Shown: positions 10,495 to 20,531 of the stretch, piece by piece | Layout: each line of letters begins with the position of its first letter | Numbering within the stretch: position 1 is the stretch's first letter | Assembly: GCA_040772485.1 (NCBI GenBank) | Contig: JAXGYC010000007.1 | Span: 160,001-224,000, forward strand | DNA: 64,000 bases | Origin: Sedimentisphaerales bacterium | GTDB taxonomy: Bacteria > Planctomycetota > Phycisphaerae > Sedimentisphaerales > Anaerobacaceae | Direction: 5' to 3' | Notes under the pieces: model-generated | The model's input: only the letters and a program-made list of their open reading frames with translations | What the model was told of the DNA's origin: nothing | Database searches by the model: none | Translations under genes and position numbers: made by a program

Positions 10495-10728
10495 CTGTAA
10501 GACTCCAAACCTACCGAGAGAAGATCCGCAAACACGAAACGCCCGGATCGACTCAGAGCAGTATCTGAGAGGCGGCCCGAACCACCTGCCATGGTCAAGG
10601 CAGACTCCGTCCTCGTGGGTGTACAGCCCTTTCCCTGAGGACGAATGCTCATCGGACGCATGCGGCGAAACGGCCATTCTCAATGTACTGTCCAACCACG
10701 CTTCGCCCGCACGGGCTCGACGTCCCGT

Positions 10729-13263
10729 CTATGGTGTGCCGCTGGGCTGGCTCACAATGCGCGGATCGACGGACAATCGATTAATCAGTTGCCTCGCCGC
10801 CGCATATTCGGGGCGGAGGCGCAGACAGGTCTCCGCCTCGCGGATTGCTTCCGCCACAGCGCCAAGGTCCGCCAGCAGCCGCGCTCGATTGAAGCGCCAA
10901 TCGACTCTGCCATAGTCTAAGTCGAGGGCCTGACGGTAGAAATCGACGGCCTCCGAAACGCTTCCGTCTCGCGCATAGATCCCCGCCAACCAGGCCAGCG
11001 CCCAGGCAGGAGGCTCCGATTCACGACACCTCTGTTCGAGCAGCGTCACGACCTTACGGCGGGTCTCCTCAACAGATGCTGTGCTCTGGCCCGTCGCCTC
11101 AAGGACACCGACCATGACGCTGAGGTGATGAATGTCTTCGCCGGCGATCTGAAGGGCGAGGTCCGGGCGACCGTACTGATCCGTCAGCAGCAGCGCCACC
11201 TCTCGAAACCGCTGCCGTTCCAATCGGACGGCCCTGTCGAGATGATCGAAGGCCACGTCCACCGCACCTTCCTCCAGGGCCAAGGCTCCGGCGACAAGAC
11301 GTGTGGTGGCGTCGCACGGCGCCAATTCAACACCTTCGCGTATGTGACGCGTGCCTTCGTCGATCCGGCCCAGCACAGAGCGTTCCAACTGACCAAGAAA
11401 ACACCACGTCGCGCCGAACGTCGGACACGACCCGCGGGCGCGGTTCAACTCCTCCGCAATCCGCTCGGCAAACTCCAACGCCTCCACCGGAAGTACGAGC
11501 AGGCCGGTGTTGGGATCGGTCGTACGGCTAATCGCGTGCCATCGGTACACATTCAACCAGTGTCGATATGTGACGTTGTCCGGCTGGCGATCCACCGCCT
11601 TACCGGCCTGCCCCAGCAGGTGGACGTACTCTTCATCCGTGCCCTGCCAGCCGTTCTCCATCAGCCCGCGCTCGGCCGCCAGCACCTGTTTCCAATGCGC
11701 CTCGGCGACACGAGCACTGTTGGCGCCGAGCAGGCCCCAGACCCACACGATGCAGACAACCACCAATCCTACCGTCCAGAACGGCCGGGAATGCGCGGTA
11801 ACGCAGACCGCCTCATGCGATTCGTCGGCCTGCCCCTTCCCAAGACGCGACAGGCGGATCAGGAGGGCACAGAACACCGCCGTCAGGACGGCATTGGCCG
11901 GCAGGTGCTGCCCGAAATCGCTCAAGCTGTGCACCAGAATGGCCACCAGTCCGAATCCGAGGCCATAGGCCACCGAACAGATCGGAACGTGGCTGCCCTT
12001 GATTGCGCGAACGTAATGAATCCCGATGAGCACCGCGAAGGTCAACAGTGCCGCCAGACCGAGGACGCCCATCTCTTCCGCCGCCTGGGCATACTCATTC
12101 TCAGCGTGAGACGCCAATGCCGGCACGGAGGACCGGTCGAACTCCGGGTAGACCACTTCGTGGGTCCCCAAGCCTGTGCCAAAGATGGGGAATCGCGCCC
12201 ATGCCACGGCAATGTCACGGAGAATCTGGCTTCGACCGCTCTCGGCATCGGACAGATCGCGCAACGTCGCCAGCCGGTCATAAACGGCATCGAAGCCGAT
12301 GTACAGAACACAGACGAACGCGCCCAGGGCCAGCAAGAGGATGATCCACCCGGCACCCCGCATCGGCTTTCGCAGGCTCAGAAGCAAGGTGGTAAAGGTG
12401 CCGGCCATGAGCATACTGATCACACCACCTCGGCTCATGGCGAGAAACACGGTGCCGGCCCCGACCGCGATGATGGCCAGCAGCACCCAAAGGGGCCGTG
12501 CCTGGGGCGAGCCAAGGAACTCGGCGACCGCCTCGAGCGTCACCCGGCGGCCTTCGAACCCATGGCAAATCTTCGTGAGCCAGGCCGCCAAAGCGGCCCC
12601 GATGGACAGATTCATGAACTGCGCGAAGTGGCTGTGGTTGACGAACGGCCCGGAGTGAGCCACGCCGTGCGGACTTTCCACAAACCAGTAGATCTTGTTA
12701 TTTCCAAAAAGATTCTGCGCCACGGCCAGCACCGCAATGCCCGCGCCGATTCCGGCGATCGTGACCAGCAGTCGCACAATCTGCTCAGGGCGTCGGTAGA
12801 CATTCACGACGACGGCGAACACCGCCGCTGCCGCCAGGGCAAGTCGCAGCCCATGACAAGTTGCGTGAGGGTAAAAGCTGAGGGTCATCTGGGAAAGGCT
12901 CTCGCCGGCATTGGGCAGATCACCCAGCAGTGCCACCTTGCGCGCCGCTGTGTTCGGCGAGATCCACTGAACCACACCCGTCGGCAGCGGAATCAGTTGC
13001 ACCAGGACCACCAGGATAAATACGGCGACAGGGACATACGCCCACGTCCAGATCGTGCTGCTGGTCCTGGCGACGACGGGCTTCAGGAAAAAGCACACCG
13101 AAATCATGCTGACCAAGGCGATCACGATCATCTCGCTCCACGCTTCCACCACGCCAAACGCCAAAGGCATGAAGATCAGCAGCGCAGTCAGCAGCCACTC
13201 CACGGCGCGATCAAGCCGTTCGCTTCGCTCCTGCAACATCGTGGCCATTTTGCCGACAGACAT
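10729..13263 (-). CDS. O-antigen ligase family protein with C-terminal TPR repeats
   Basis: PLAFG, GPFVNHSHFA, MSRGG, FPIFGTGLG, HAENEYAQAAEEMG and a TPR-like helical C-terminus. Confidence 0.85.
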   Translation of the reverse strand: MSVGKMATMLQERSERLDRAVEWLLTALLIFMPLAFGVVEAWSEMIVIALVSMISVCFFLKPVVARTSSTIWTWAYVPVAVFILVVLVQLIPLPTGVVQWISPNTAARKVALLGDLPNAGESLSQMTLSFYPHATCHGLRLALAAAAVFAVVVNVYRRPEQIVRLLVTIAGIGAGIAVLAVAQNLFGNNKIYWFVESPHGVAHSGPFVNHSHFAQFMNLSIGAALAAWLTKICHGFEGRRVTLEAVAEFLGSPQARPLWVLLAIIAVGAGTVFLAMSRGGVISMLMAGTFTTLLLSLRKPMRGAGWIILLLALGAFVCVLYIGFDAVYDRLATLRDLSDAESGRSQILRDIAVAWARFPIFGTGLGTHEVVYPEFDRSSVPALASHAENEYAQAAEEMGVLGLAALLTFAVLIGIHYVRAIKGSHVPICSVAYGLGFGLVAILVHSLSDFGQHLPANAVLTAVFCALLIRLSRLGKGQADESHEAVCVTAHSRPFWTVGLVVVCIVWVWGLLGANSARVAEAHWKQVLAAERGLMENGWQGTDEEYVHLLGQAGKAVDRQPDNVTYRHWLNVYRWHAISRTTDPNTGLLVLPVEALEFAERIAEELNRARGSCPTFGATWCFLGQLERSVLGRIDEGTRHIREGVELAPCDATTRLVAGALALEEGAVDVAFDHLDRAVRLERQRFREVALLLTDQYGRPDLALQIAGEDIHHLSVMVGVLEATGQSTASVEETRRKVVTLLEQRCRESEPPAWALAWLAGIYARDGSVSEAVDFYRQALDLDYGRVDWRFNRARLLADLGAVAEAIREAETCLRLRPEYAAARQLINRLSVDPRIVSQPSGTP

Positions 13264-13305
13264 GGTCAACACTCCGCCGTAAGGCTGTCAGAACAGGGCC
13301 TCATC

Positions 13306-15585
13306 TCATTGGCCTCCTTCAGAAACCATGGCCGGTCGCGGTCTCTTGACGTCGGACTGAATCTCTCGTGTCTTCGCCGCCTTGGCTCCGCTCCGACCCG
13401 AGCCGTTCGAGCCACCATAACTGCCATAGTAGCCATAGCGGTCTCCACTCTTGGCCACATCGTTGACCACCGTTCCCAACAGATGCGCATCGACCCTGTG
13501 CAAGCTATCGATCGCCCGCTGACCGGCCTTCCTGGTCGATTTGCCGGCTCGCAACACAAGGATCGTCACGTCGCAAAGCGCCCCGAGGATTTGCGCGTCG
13601 GCCACGACAGTCACGGGCGGCGCATCAATGATGACGCGGTCGTACACCTCGGTCAGTTGTTTCAGGAGCACGGTGAATCGCTGGCTATTGAGAATCTCCG
13701 ATGGATTTGGAGTCCGGAACCCGCACGGAAGCAGGTTGAGCCCCGCCACGCCCGTCGCTTGAATGGCCTCCGTGAGCTTCCTCTGCCCCAGGAGCACGGC
13801 CCCCAAGCCGCCGTGATCGGGGTCCGTCTCAAAGATGACATGCTGCATCGGTTTTCTGAAGTCGGCGTCCAGGAGAATGATCTTCTGTCCCGCCTGCGCC
13901 ATAGCGATGGCGAGATTGCTCACCAAGGTGGATTTGCCGTCGCCGGCGTCCGGCGATGTGATGAGCATGGTCTTGGTTCCCGTGGGGACGCCGAAGAAGA
14001 TCGCCGTGCGGATCGTGCGAAACGCCTCGGCCTCGGGGACATCGGGCTGCAACTGAATCTTCCGACCGCGTGCGGGGACCGTCTCCTTCCGGGACATGGC
14101 GGGAACCACTCCCAGGACGGGCAACCGGAGCACAGAGGATATCTCCTCGCCCGACCGCAACGTTTGATCCATCAGATCGCGCAGGACGGCCAGCCCCCCT
14201 CCCGCCAGAAGACCCAACACCAGGGCAATCGCCATGACCTTGCTTCTCTGAGGATCTGACGGGAGTTCGGAGATCGACGCCGGCTCCATGATCTGCATTC
14301 GGAGCCGACCGACATCCTCTCCCGCAATGGTCCGGATATCCCTGATCTGCTGTTCCTTCCCTTGGCAGTAGGCCGTCAACTCCGCAACTTCCGTGTCAAG
14401 GCGACGGTACCTGCTGAGCTCCCTGTTCAACTGCAAGACCTTCTGGCCCTGTTCCTGATAAAGACTGGTGAGGTCCTCTTCGCGCTTCTTGGCCTCCACA
14501 TACCGTTGCTCGGCCTCATTCAGCACGATGCGGACGAATCGCTCGTTCAACGTGTCGATGGCCGTCCTGATCCGCTCGATCTGAGCCTCGAGCAACGCGA
14601 TTCGAGGGTGGTCCGCCGTGAGGTCGACGCGGAGTGATGCCAGCTCCCATTCCGCATTTCGCAATTGGGACCCCAACTGCACAATTTCGTTTCCCGTGCC
14701 ACCGTACGCGACAGCAGTGCTCCCGGGCGACGCATACTGTCGGAGAGTCTCGGGATCGTCGGCAAACGTGCGTACGCTGTCGAGGAACAACTCCGCATCA
14801 TTGGCGAGACGCTGGGCCTGTGTGAGTTCCGACTGCAATGTCAGATAGAGCTGCACCACACCACTGCCCTGATCTGAACCCAGCGCCAGCGGCATCGAGG
14901 TGCTTTGGAACTGCTCAAATTCATCGCGTTTCTCCTCCAGTTCCTTCGTGGCCCGCGCCATCTCCTCCTGAAGGATCTTCAGCCCCTGCGAAGAGTCCTC
15001 CCGCTGGTTGTCCGAGCGAGAGGCCATATAGACCTCGACGACCTTGTTGACGATCTGCGGCACCTCGGTGGCATAGGGTGAGCTGAACGAGATGCTGATG
15101 ATCTCATCTCTTCTACCGACCTCCACCTGCACGTTGTGTCGCAGATAGGCCATACGGATCGGAACGTCGGCAAACGTTTGCAGTCGCTGCATCTCGGGCA
15201 GCTCGAGCACCGTGCCAAGAATCGGCTGAGACACGAGCAACCCCGCCTGTGTGTAGAGATAGCGGTCCGTTCGCGGGACCCGTTCGGGCTCGTACGACGA
15301 GACGATGGGGATACCGCTGTAGTCGAGAACCAACTTCGCCGTGCTCGTGTAGATCGGTGTGGCTGTCTGGATGTATACGAAGCCGGCTGCCAGAGACAGC
15401 ACGAGACAGACGAGCATGATCCAGCGGCCTCGCCATATCACCTTGGCAAGGCTCTCGGAGGCGTTGGCAACTGCGGGCGGCGCCATGGGGAGTAGACCTC
15501 CGGCAGAACGGCCTGCAATCCAGCGGTCCGGCCTGCTGGGCACCGGACGCACCAAGGGGTTGTTCTCGCTGTTTGGATGCAGCAT
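13306..15585 (-). CDS. wzc: Polysaccharide co-polymerase / tyrosine autokinase (Wzc/GumC)
   Basis: TPIYTSTA, coiled coil, AEAFRTIRT, Walker A SPDAGDGKST, DADFRKP, IIDAPP, C-terminal RYGYYGSY cluster. ATG 15585 overlaps the wza stop (TAATG). Confidence 0.92.
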   Translation of the reverse strand: MLHPNSENNPLVRPVPSRPDRWIAGRSAGGLLPMAPPAVANASESLAKVIWRGRWIMLVCLVLSLAAGFVYIQTATPIYTSTAKLVLDYSGIPIVSSYEPERVPRTDRYLYTQAGLLVSQPILGTVLELPEMQRLQTFADVPIRMAYLRHNVQVEVGRRDEIISISFSSPYATEVPQIVNKVVEVYMASRSDNQREDSSQGLKILQEEMARATKELEEKRDEFEQFQSTSMPLALGSDQGSGVVQLYLTLQSELTQAQRLANDAELFLDSVRTFADDPETLRQYASPGSTAVAYGGTGNEIVQLGSQLRNAEWELASLRVDLTADHPRIALLEAQIERIRTAIDTLNERFVRIVLNEAEQRYVEAKKREEDLTSLYQEQGQKVLQLNRELSRYRRLDTEVAELTAYCQGKEQQIRDIRTIAGEDVGRLRMQIMEPASISELPSDPQRSKVMAIALVLGLLAGGGLAVLRDLMDQTLRSGEEISSVLRLPVLGVVPAMSRKETVPARGRKIQLQPDVPEAEAFRTIRTAIFFGVPTGTKTMLITSPDAGDGKSTLVSNLAIAMAQAGQKIILLDADFRKPMQHVIFETDPDHGGLGAVLLGQRKLTEAIQATGVAGLNLLPCGFRTPNPSEILNSQRFTVLLKQLTEVYDRVIIDAPPVTVVADAQILGALCDVTILVLRAGKSTRKAGQRAIDSLHRVDAHLLGTVVNDVAKSGDRYGYYGSYGGSNGSGRSGAKAAKTREIQSDVKRPRPAMVSEGGQ

Positions 15586-17210
15586 TACTCTTCCCCCCAG
15601 AGTTGCTCGGGACGCAAATATACGCCCATGTTCAATCTGAAGTATCGATCCAGGAAGGTATTGGCACGCGTCCGAGGCGTGTTTTCTACGGACACAACGT
15701 CGCCTGGCTTGACCGCCAGTGCGAGCGATGGGGTCAGCTCCTCCTGGTTGCGAGGATCGACCAGTTGGAAGGTGGCGCTGGCAGTGGTCCCGTCGGCTTT
15801 CAGTCGGTAGAGCGTCACATAACGAGGGTCGGCCACGGTATCCAATCCGCCTGCAAAAGCCAACACCTCGGCCAAATTGAATTGGGCATCGACCGGATAT
15901 GGGAAGTTCCCAGGCGTGCGGACCAGCCCGAGAACGGAAACGTATTGGACCGGGAGCCGTTCCACGGTCACAGAATCCGCTTCGTTCAGGGCGACGTCCA
16001 CGAAAGGAATGTTCAGTCCTTTGACCGGCAGGACGATGGTCCCGCCGGCAGGCTTCGGCGTTGCCGCCACAGCCGGACCGGCGAACGTTCTCCAAGCCGG
16101 TGGGACCTCGTATCCGCCTCCTTCTCCCTTCTCGTGCGAGGGATCGTCCATGGAGACCATGAAGTCACCCCCGTTGGTACGCTGCCAGTCGGAATGCGGC
16201 GCGTGCGTCACCAGATGTGTCGCTGTTTCGCCGGCGCCGACCTCGAGCGTATGCGCCAGTTGCAGGAGCTTCTGATTCAGCAACCCTGCCGGCAATCGCT
16301 CGAACCTCGCTGTGGCCGCCTGCAGAACGGCTTGCTTCTGCGGCCCGTTCCCAATGTCAAGCCATTGGCGAGCCAGTCGTTCTCCGCTCCGTTCGATGAC
16401 GATCCAACCGGTTGTTCGAAGCGGACCTTCCGGCCTGAACCACATCCTGATCGGCGAAGACGAGCCCGGGAACCTGTCGCCCGTCAAGACAGCCTGGTGG
16501 ACGAAAGCATCCGCCCCCGCGCTTTCCTGCCTCCGTTCGACGTCGAAGAGGATCGGGCGATCCGGCGCGGAGGACTTGACGGACTGCTCGAACGAATCGT
16601 GGCTGTGGGCGATACGAATCACCGCCGCTCCCTGCTCCACGATGCCGCCTGCCTCGAGAATCAACGCCGACAAAGACATCTGATCGTGTCGCAGGTTATA
16701 CGGACCCGGCCTCGCGACGCCTCCGAGGATCTGAACACGCTGTGTTTTGTACTCCAGGACTTCCGCATAGACCGACGGCTTGGTCTTGACGAACTGCGGA
16801 TAGTAGACGTCGACCACGGCGGTCTCAACCTCGGCCAGGGATCTTCCGACAACCGAGATCTGGTGCCCCTGCGGCAGCGTAATCAAACCCGCATCACTGA
16901 CCCGGCATCGGCGCGTCACCTCCCCGGGTGCTGCCGTAGCCGCCTGCGACGCATCTGGAAACACGCTCAACGGCATCGTCAACTGGAGAACATCGCCAAT
17001 GGCCACCCGATAGGGGCCGACCGGGATTCTCGCTCGAATGATTCGGTCCATGTCCACCGAAGGCCCCTCGGGACCGGCTGTCTCAAAATCAACCAGTCGT
17101 TCCGCAGAGGGCAAGCGGATACGGTCTCCGCAACCGAGCAGACAATGCGCCAGTCCAACCAAGACGGCCGATTGCGCAATGATTATCGCACGGTTTCTCG
17201 CGCTTCTCAT
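15585..17210 (-). CDS. wza: Polysaccharide export lipoprotein (Wza-like, SLBB domains)
   Basis: Lipobox LLGC, PYRVAIGDVL, VQILGGVARPGPY, VSVLGLVRTPG..LAFAGG, VKPGDVV. RBS AGGAGGAG upstream. Confidence 0.85.
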   Translation of the reverse strand: MRSARNRAIIIAQSAVLVGLAHCLLGCGDRIRLPSAERLVDFETAGPEGPSVDMDRIIRARIPVGPYRVAIGDVLQLTMPLSVFPDASQAATAAPGEVTRRCRVSDAGLITLPQGHQISVVGRSLAEVETAVVDVYYPQFVKTKPSVYAEVLEYKTQRVQILGGVARPGPYNLRHDQMSLSALILEAGGIVEQGAAVIRIAHSHDSFEQSVKSSAPDRPILFDVERRQESAGADAFVHQAVLTGDRFPGSSSPIRMWFRPEGPLRTTGWIVIERSGERLARQWLDIGNGPQKQAVLQAATARFERLPAGLLNQKLLQLAHTLEVGAGETATHLVTHAPHSDWQRTNGGDFMVSMDDPSHEKGEGGGYEVPPAWRTFAGPAVAATPKPAGGTIVLPVKGLNIPFVDVALNEADSVTVERLPVQYVSVLGLVRTPGNFPYPVDAQFNLAEVLAFAGGLDTVADPRYVTLYRLKADGTTASATFQLVDPRNQEELTPSLALAVKPGDVVSVENTPRTRANTFLDRYFRLNMGVYLRPEQLWGEE

Positions 17211-17729
17211 TAGACGAACCTCCACTCCTCCTGTACACCTTGGCTGTCCTGGCCCCGGAACCGGACCGCCCACTGACCAGTGGACAGAGTCGAATCCCGA
17301 TGTGCCGCTATACCGAGATGTACATGCACCGATGCCGGATGCGGCGCCTCGGGGAGACAACAACACACCACTAGCACCTTCGCCACGACAGAACGCACGA
17401 ACCAAACTGCCGTAACGAAGACACCTCGGTCATTGCGCCCCCAAGGGACGTTCTCCTGGCCGACTCCAGCAGTACACCACTGCTTTTCGTGTTGACGGTG
17501 CTACAGGCATTAGCACCGCGCGATGCATTCACTCAACGAAGTTCTCTGGCAGCAAAAATCGGTTCTATGGCTACATTTGGCCCCGTCCGAAGGGCAGGCA
17601 TACCCGAACGGCAAGACTGCCCGATGACTTGGGCAGACCCTCCATGCGCTGCCCGCCAGAGGGCATATACCTGTTCCCCCACCGTCTGCGGTGGGACAGG
17701 TCCGTTGAGCAGGTTCGCGACAGGGTCTT

Positions 17730-17751
17730 GAGGCGACCTTCGGGTCGCCTC
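17730..17751. terminator. Perfect 9-bp hairpin just downstream of the 89-aa gene
   Basis: GAGGCGACC-TTCG-GGTCGCCTC, extendable by GGGTC/GACCC. There is no U-tract, so it could be a stabiliser or processing hairpin instead. Confidence 0.5.
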
Positions 17752-17771
17752 TGACCCCAGTTCACCAACGA

Positions 17772-18041
17772 TCACCAGACCGGCTGAAACGCACTTCGCA
17801 ACGCCGGCCGGAACGGAATCCGGATGGCCTGCCGCGTCAGCTTCAGTTCGGCAGGGACAACCGGATTTCCCGCAGTCAACACGACCGTTTGCAGGGCAAA
17901 CGGGTCAAACAAGGTTGCCTGTTTGCCCGATGATGCATCACCCGCCTTCGGCGCCGCCAGGATTGCCGGCGTCAGAAGACTCGCTACGATGCCGATGAGC
18001 AGCATGAGCAACAATACCTTCCTCTTCTTTTTCTCGGTCAT
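17772..18041 (-). CDS. Small secreted hypothetical protein (89 aa)
   Basis: Strong RBS (AAAGGAGG), basic-hydrophobic signal peptide, Pro/Arg-rich C-terminus RIPFRPALRSAFQPVW. Confidence 0.8.
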   Translation of the reverse strand: MTEKKKRKVLLLMLLIGIVASLLTPAILAAPKAGDASSGKQATLFDPFALQTVVLTAGNPVVPAELKLTRQAIRIPFRPALRSAFQPVW

Positions 18042-18167
18042 ATATGACCTCCTTTCCTGTATTTATGGAAACCACCAGCATCAATATCCGCGCGCTCTGT
18101 CGTGTTGAAAACCTTCCGGTCACAACAACCGTCGGAAAACCGAACGCCCGGGTAACACCCTTTCCAT

Positions 18168-19223
18168 CTAATACTCCCTGTCAACGTTCGGGTCTGTCCA
18201 CATCGCCAGACAGGCCAAGGCTCGCAGTACACCAGCCGCCTGCGAGTAATACGCTTCACCGCCCAGAGTCAGGTGTTGCCGCACCGTTCCATCAAGACCG
18301 ACAGTCGCAATGAGCGCGTCCTGGACTTGGCGGATCGCCAACGCGACTTCCGGATCGTCGTCCAGGCTGGCGGCAGCCGTCAGTCCCAAGACGCTGGACA
18401 CCAGTTCCTCGGTATATCCCCCAGGCGGCCCACCGAAACCGGCCGTGCCGTGGTCGAACCGCCAGTAGAAGCTGCCGGTGAGTTCTCCGTCCTGTATCAT
18501 GTGGGCCAGCAACAAATCCGGTAGATCACCCAACGTCCTTGCATGCCAATACGAGGTCTCTTCCAGATTTCGATCGAGTGGGCAGTCCCCCAGCGTTCCC
18601 GTGCTGGCCAGCGCCCAGGTAGCCATCCCCAAGGCCATCACCGGGGCCTCCGCGCAATCGTCCTCCACCCTCACCAGGCTGTCGATCAAAACCTGTCGCC
18701 ACAGCTTGCGGTCCTCTGCATCCACGTAGAACGCGGCAACGGTATGGTGGGCCAGATAAAACACGGCTACCGACGGATCGGCCTGTTCGAACTGCGAGAT
18801 GTAGGCCTGTGCACCTCTCAGAGAGACGGTCTCGTAGAAATCCTCCAGCACAAGACGCCACATATCCGACGAGCTATCCTCCGACATCTGGCTCAGGCAC
18901 ATCAGGGCATAGGCCTCATCGCCGTAATAGTTGCCCCCCGCCCGGCGGAGGATGAAGTTGCCTGCGATGACAGCGGCCACTCTGGCGTCTTCGTCCGATG
19001 TCACTGCAAACGCGTCGGCGAGACCCGCGACAACGGTACCGGTATATTCTTCTTCACCGGGCCACGCACCTTCCAGCGGTCCGCTGGCCAACTGCTCGAG
19101 CACGAGGCGACCTGTCACCGCCCTGACGACATCCAGCCTTTCCGCGTCGTCCGCCGCCTGTTGCGGTCGAGCCGACGCAATCGCGAGCATAGAGAACAGC
19201 ATTGTCACAAGTGTTCTTGTCAT
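18168..19223 (-). CDS. Secreted acidic hypothetical protein, paralog B
   Basis: Signal peptide MTRTLVTMLFSMLAIASA. Shares GDEAYAL, AVFYLAHH, PVMAxGxATWALA, GSFYWRxDH and GYTE[ED] with the adjacent gene. Confidence 0.8.
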   Translation of the reverse strand: MTRTLVTMLFSMLAIASARPQQAADDAERLDVVRAVTGRLVLEQLASGPLEGAWPGEEEYTGTVVAGLADAFAVTSDEDARVAAVIAGNFILRRAGGNYYGDEAYALMCLSQMSEDSSSDMWRLVLEDFYETVSLRGAQAYISQFEQADPSVAVFYLAHHTVAAFYVDAEDRKLWRQVLIDSLVRVEDDCAEAPVMALGMATWALASTGTLGDCPLDRNLEETSYWHARTLGDLPDLLLAHMIQDGELTGSFYWRFDHGTAGFGGPPGGYTEELVSSVLGLTAAASLDDDPEVALAIRQVQDALIATVGLDGTVRQHLTLGGEAYYSQAAGVLRALACLAMWTDPNVDREY

Positions 19224-19325
19224 CTGATCTTCTGTACACACTCCAACAATCCCTGCTTGCCGTCGTCCGGCGTTTGTCGCCGACGGCGACGAACGCACCT
19301 CAAGGCCGCGATCCACAAGGCACGC

Positions 19326-20426
19326 CTATTCCGCTTCCATCACAACATCCGCAGCCACGTCATCCGCAGCATCACGGCCCAAATACTCCTCGATGCTCCA
19401 CAAAACCTGTAACATCTCGCCGGCAAACGTGTTATAGGCATCGCCCTGACGCGTCAGGTGCTGGTAGACGTAGCCGTCCTCGTCGATTCCCTCCAACAAT
19501 GCCGTCTGAGCCGCAATGACCGCCTCGTCAGCCCCGTCGGTCTCCTCGGACGCCACGGCAACCAAACCGAGAGCTCCAAAGACGGTGTCCTCGGTGTACC
19601 CGGCCGTCACGCCGCCGGTCCCACCGTCGGTATGATCGAGACGCCAGTAGAAGCTGCCGGCAAAGGGTTCGCCTTCGGGAACCTGATGGCTGGCCAGCAT
19701 CGCCGGCAGATCTCCAACCGTCAGCCCCTCCCAGCAGGGGTTTGCCGGCAATTCGTAGGAGGTAATGGGACTGTCCGCCGGTGTATCCGTTACCGCCAGC
19801 GCCCATGTCGCGACGCCGACAGCCATGACAGGAAAGCTGGCATTGTCGTCGACTCGGGACAGATGGCTGAGCAACGCCCGACGGTACACCTCCATATCCT
19901 GATCCTGCACGTAATCGGCCCCAACCAGGTGATGCGCAAGATAAAAGACCGCCGTGGAAGGCTCCAAACCATCGAAGGCCCGGAGGTACTCTTCCGTAGA
20001 GCTCTCATTGTGGTGCTTTCGAGGACTCAGATAGAAGTCCACCAGGGCATTTTGCCAGACGTTATGGTTGGGATCATCGGAGATTTCGCTCAACCGAACG
20101 AGCGCATAGGCCTCATCGCCCAACAGATTGCCCTGTGCAACGGCGGTGTCCAGTATCCACACTCCTGCAAGATCGGCGCAAGCCCGGTATGCCGGGTCCT
20201 CAGTCCACTCATAGGCACAGGCCAGCCCGCTCGCGATCGGCCCTAAGAAAGCCCCTTCGAGCGACCACAATCCGCTGTCGGGACCCTCTTTGATCTGACT
20301 CTGATCGAGACGTGTGGCGATAAGACCAACCGCTTCTTCCGGGGTCAGCGCAAATGCCGCACCCGGACCCAACATCACGAGCATCGCGACCACAAAAGAG
20401 CCAACCACCCTTTCGCTGAACAACAT
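19326..20426 (-). CDS. Secreted acidic hypothetical protein, paralog A
   Basis: RBS AAAGGAGG, signal peptide ending AAFA, full-length similarity to 18168-19223. Confidence 0.82.
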   Translation of the reverse strand: MLFSERVVGSFVVAMLVMLGPGAAFALTPEEAVGLIATRLDQSQIKEGPDSGLWSLEGAFLGPIASGLACAYEWTEDPAYRACADLAGVWILDTAVAQGNLLGDEAYALVRLSEISDDPNHNVWQNALVDFYLSPRKHHNESSTEEYLRAFDGLEPSTAVFYLAHHLVGADYVQDQDMEVYRRALLSHLSRVDDNASFPVMAVGVATWALAVTDTPADSPITSYELPANPCWEGLTVGDLPAMLASHQVPEGEPFAGSFYWRLDHTDGGTGGVTAGYTEDTVFGALGLVAVASEETDGADEAVIAAQTALLEGIDEDGYVYQHLTRQGDAYNTFAGEMLQVLWSIEEYLGRDAADDVAADVVMEAE

Positions 20427-20531
20427 CAGATCCTCCTTTCTTGCCCTCCTCACGGAAGGGCTCTCCGAACGGTTTCTCAACGAGATACCATTCGAAGCCC
20501 TCAACTCAAGTCAACGACGGACTGTCTTCCG

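Noticed and set aside
11125..14259. 1044-aa plus-strand ORF, and similar long ORFs at 15573-17213, 23482-25428, 33991-36063, 39350-41194, 28071-29876 and 47272-49128
   Set aside because: They lie antisense to well-supported genes, have no motifs, and are expected from GC-rich codon bias.
15586..16095. N-terminal extension of wzc in the ORF track
   Set aside because: It overlaps the wza coding region; ATG 15585 coupled to the wza stop is the better start.
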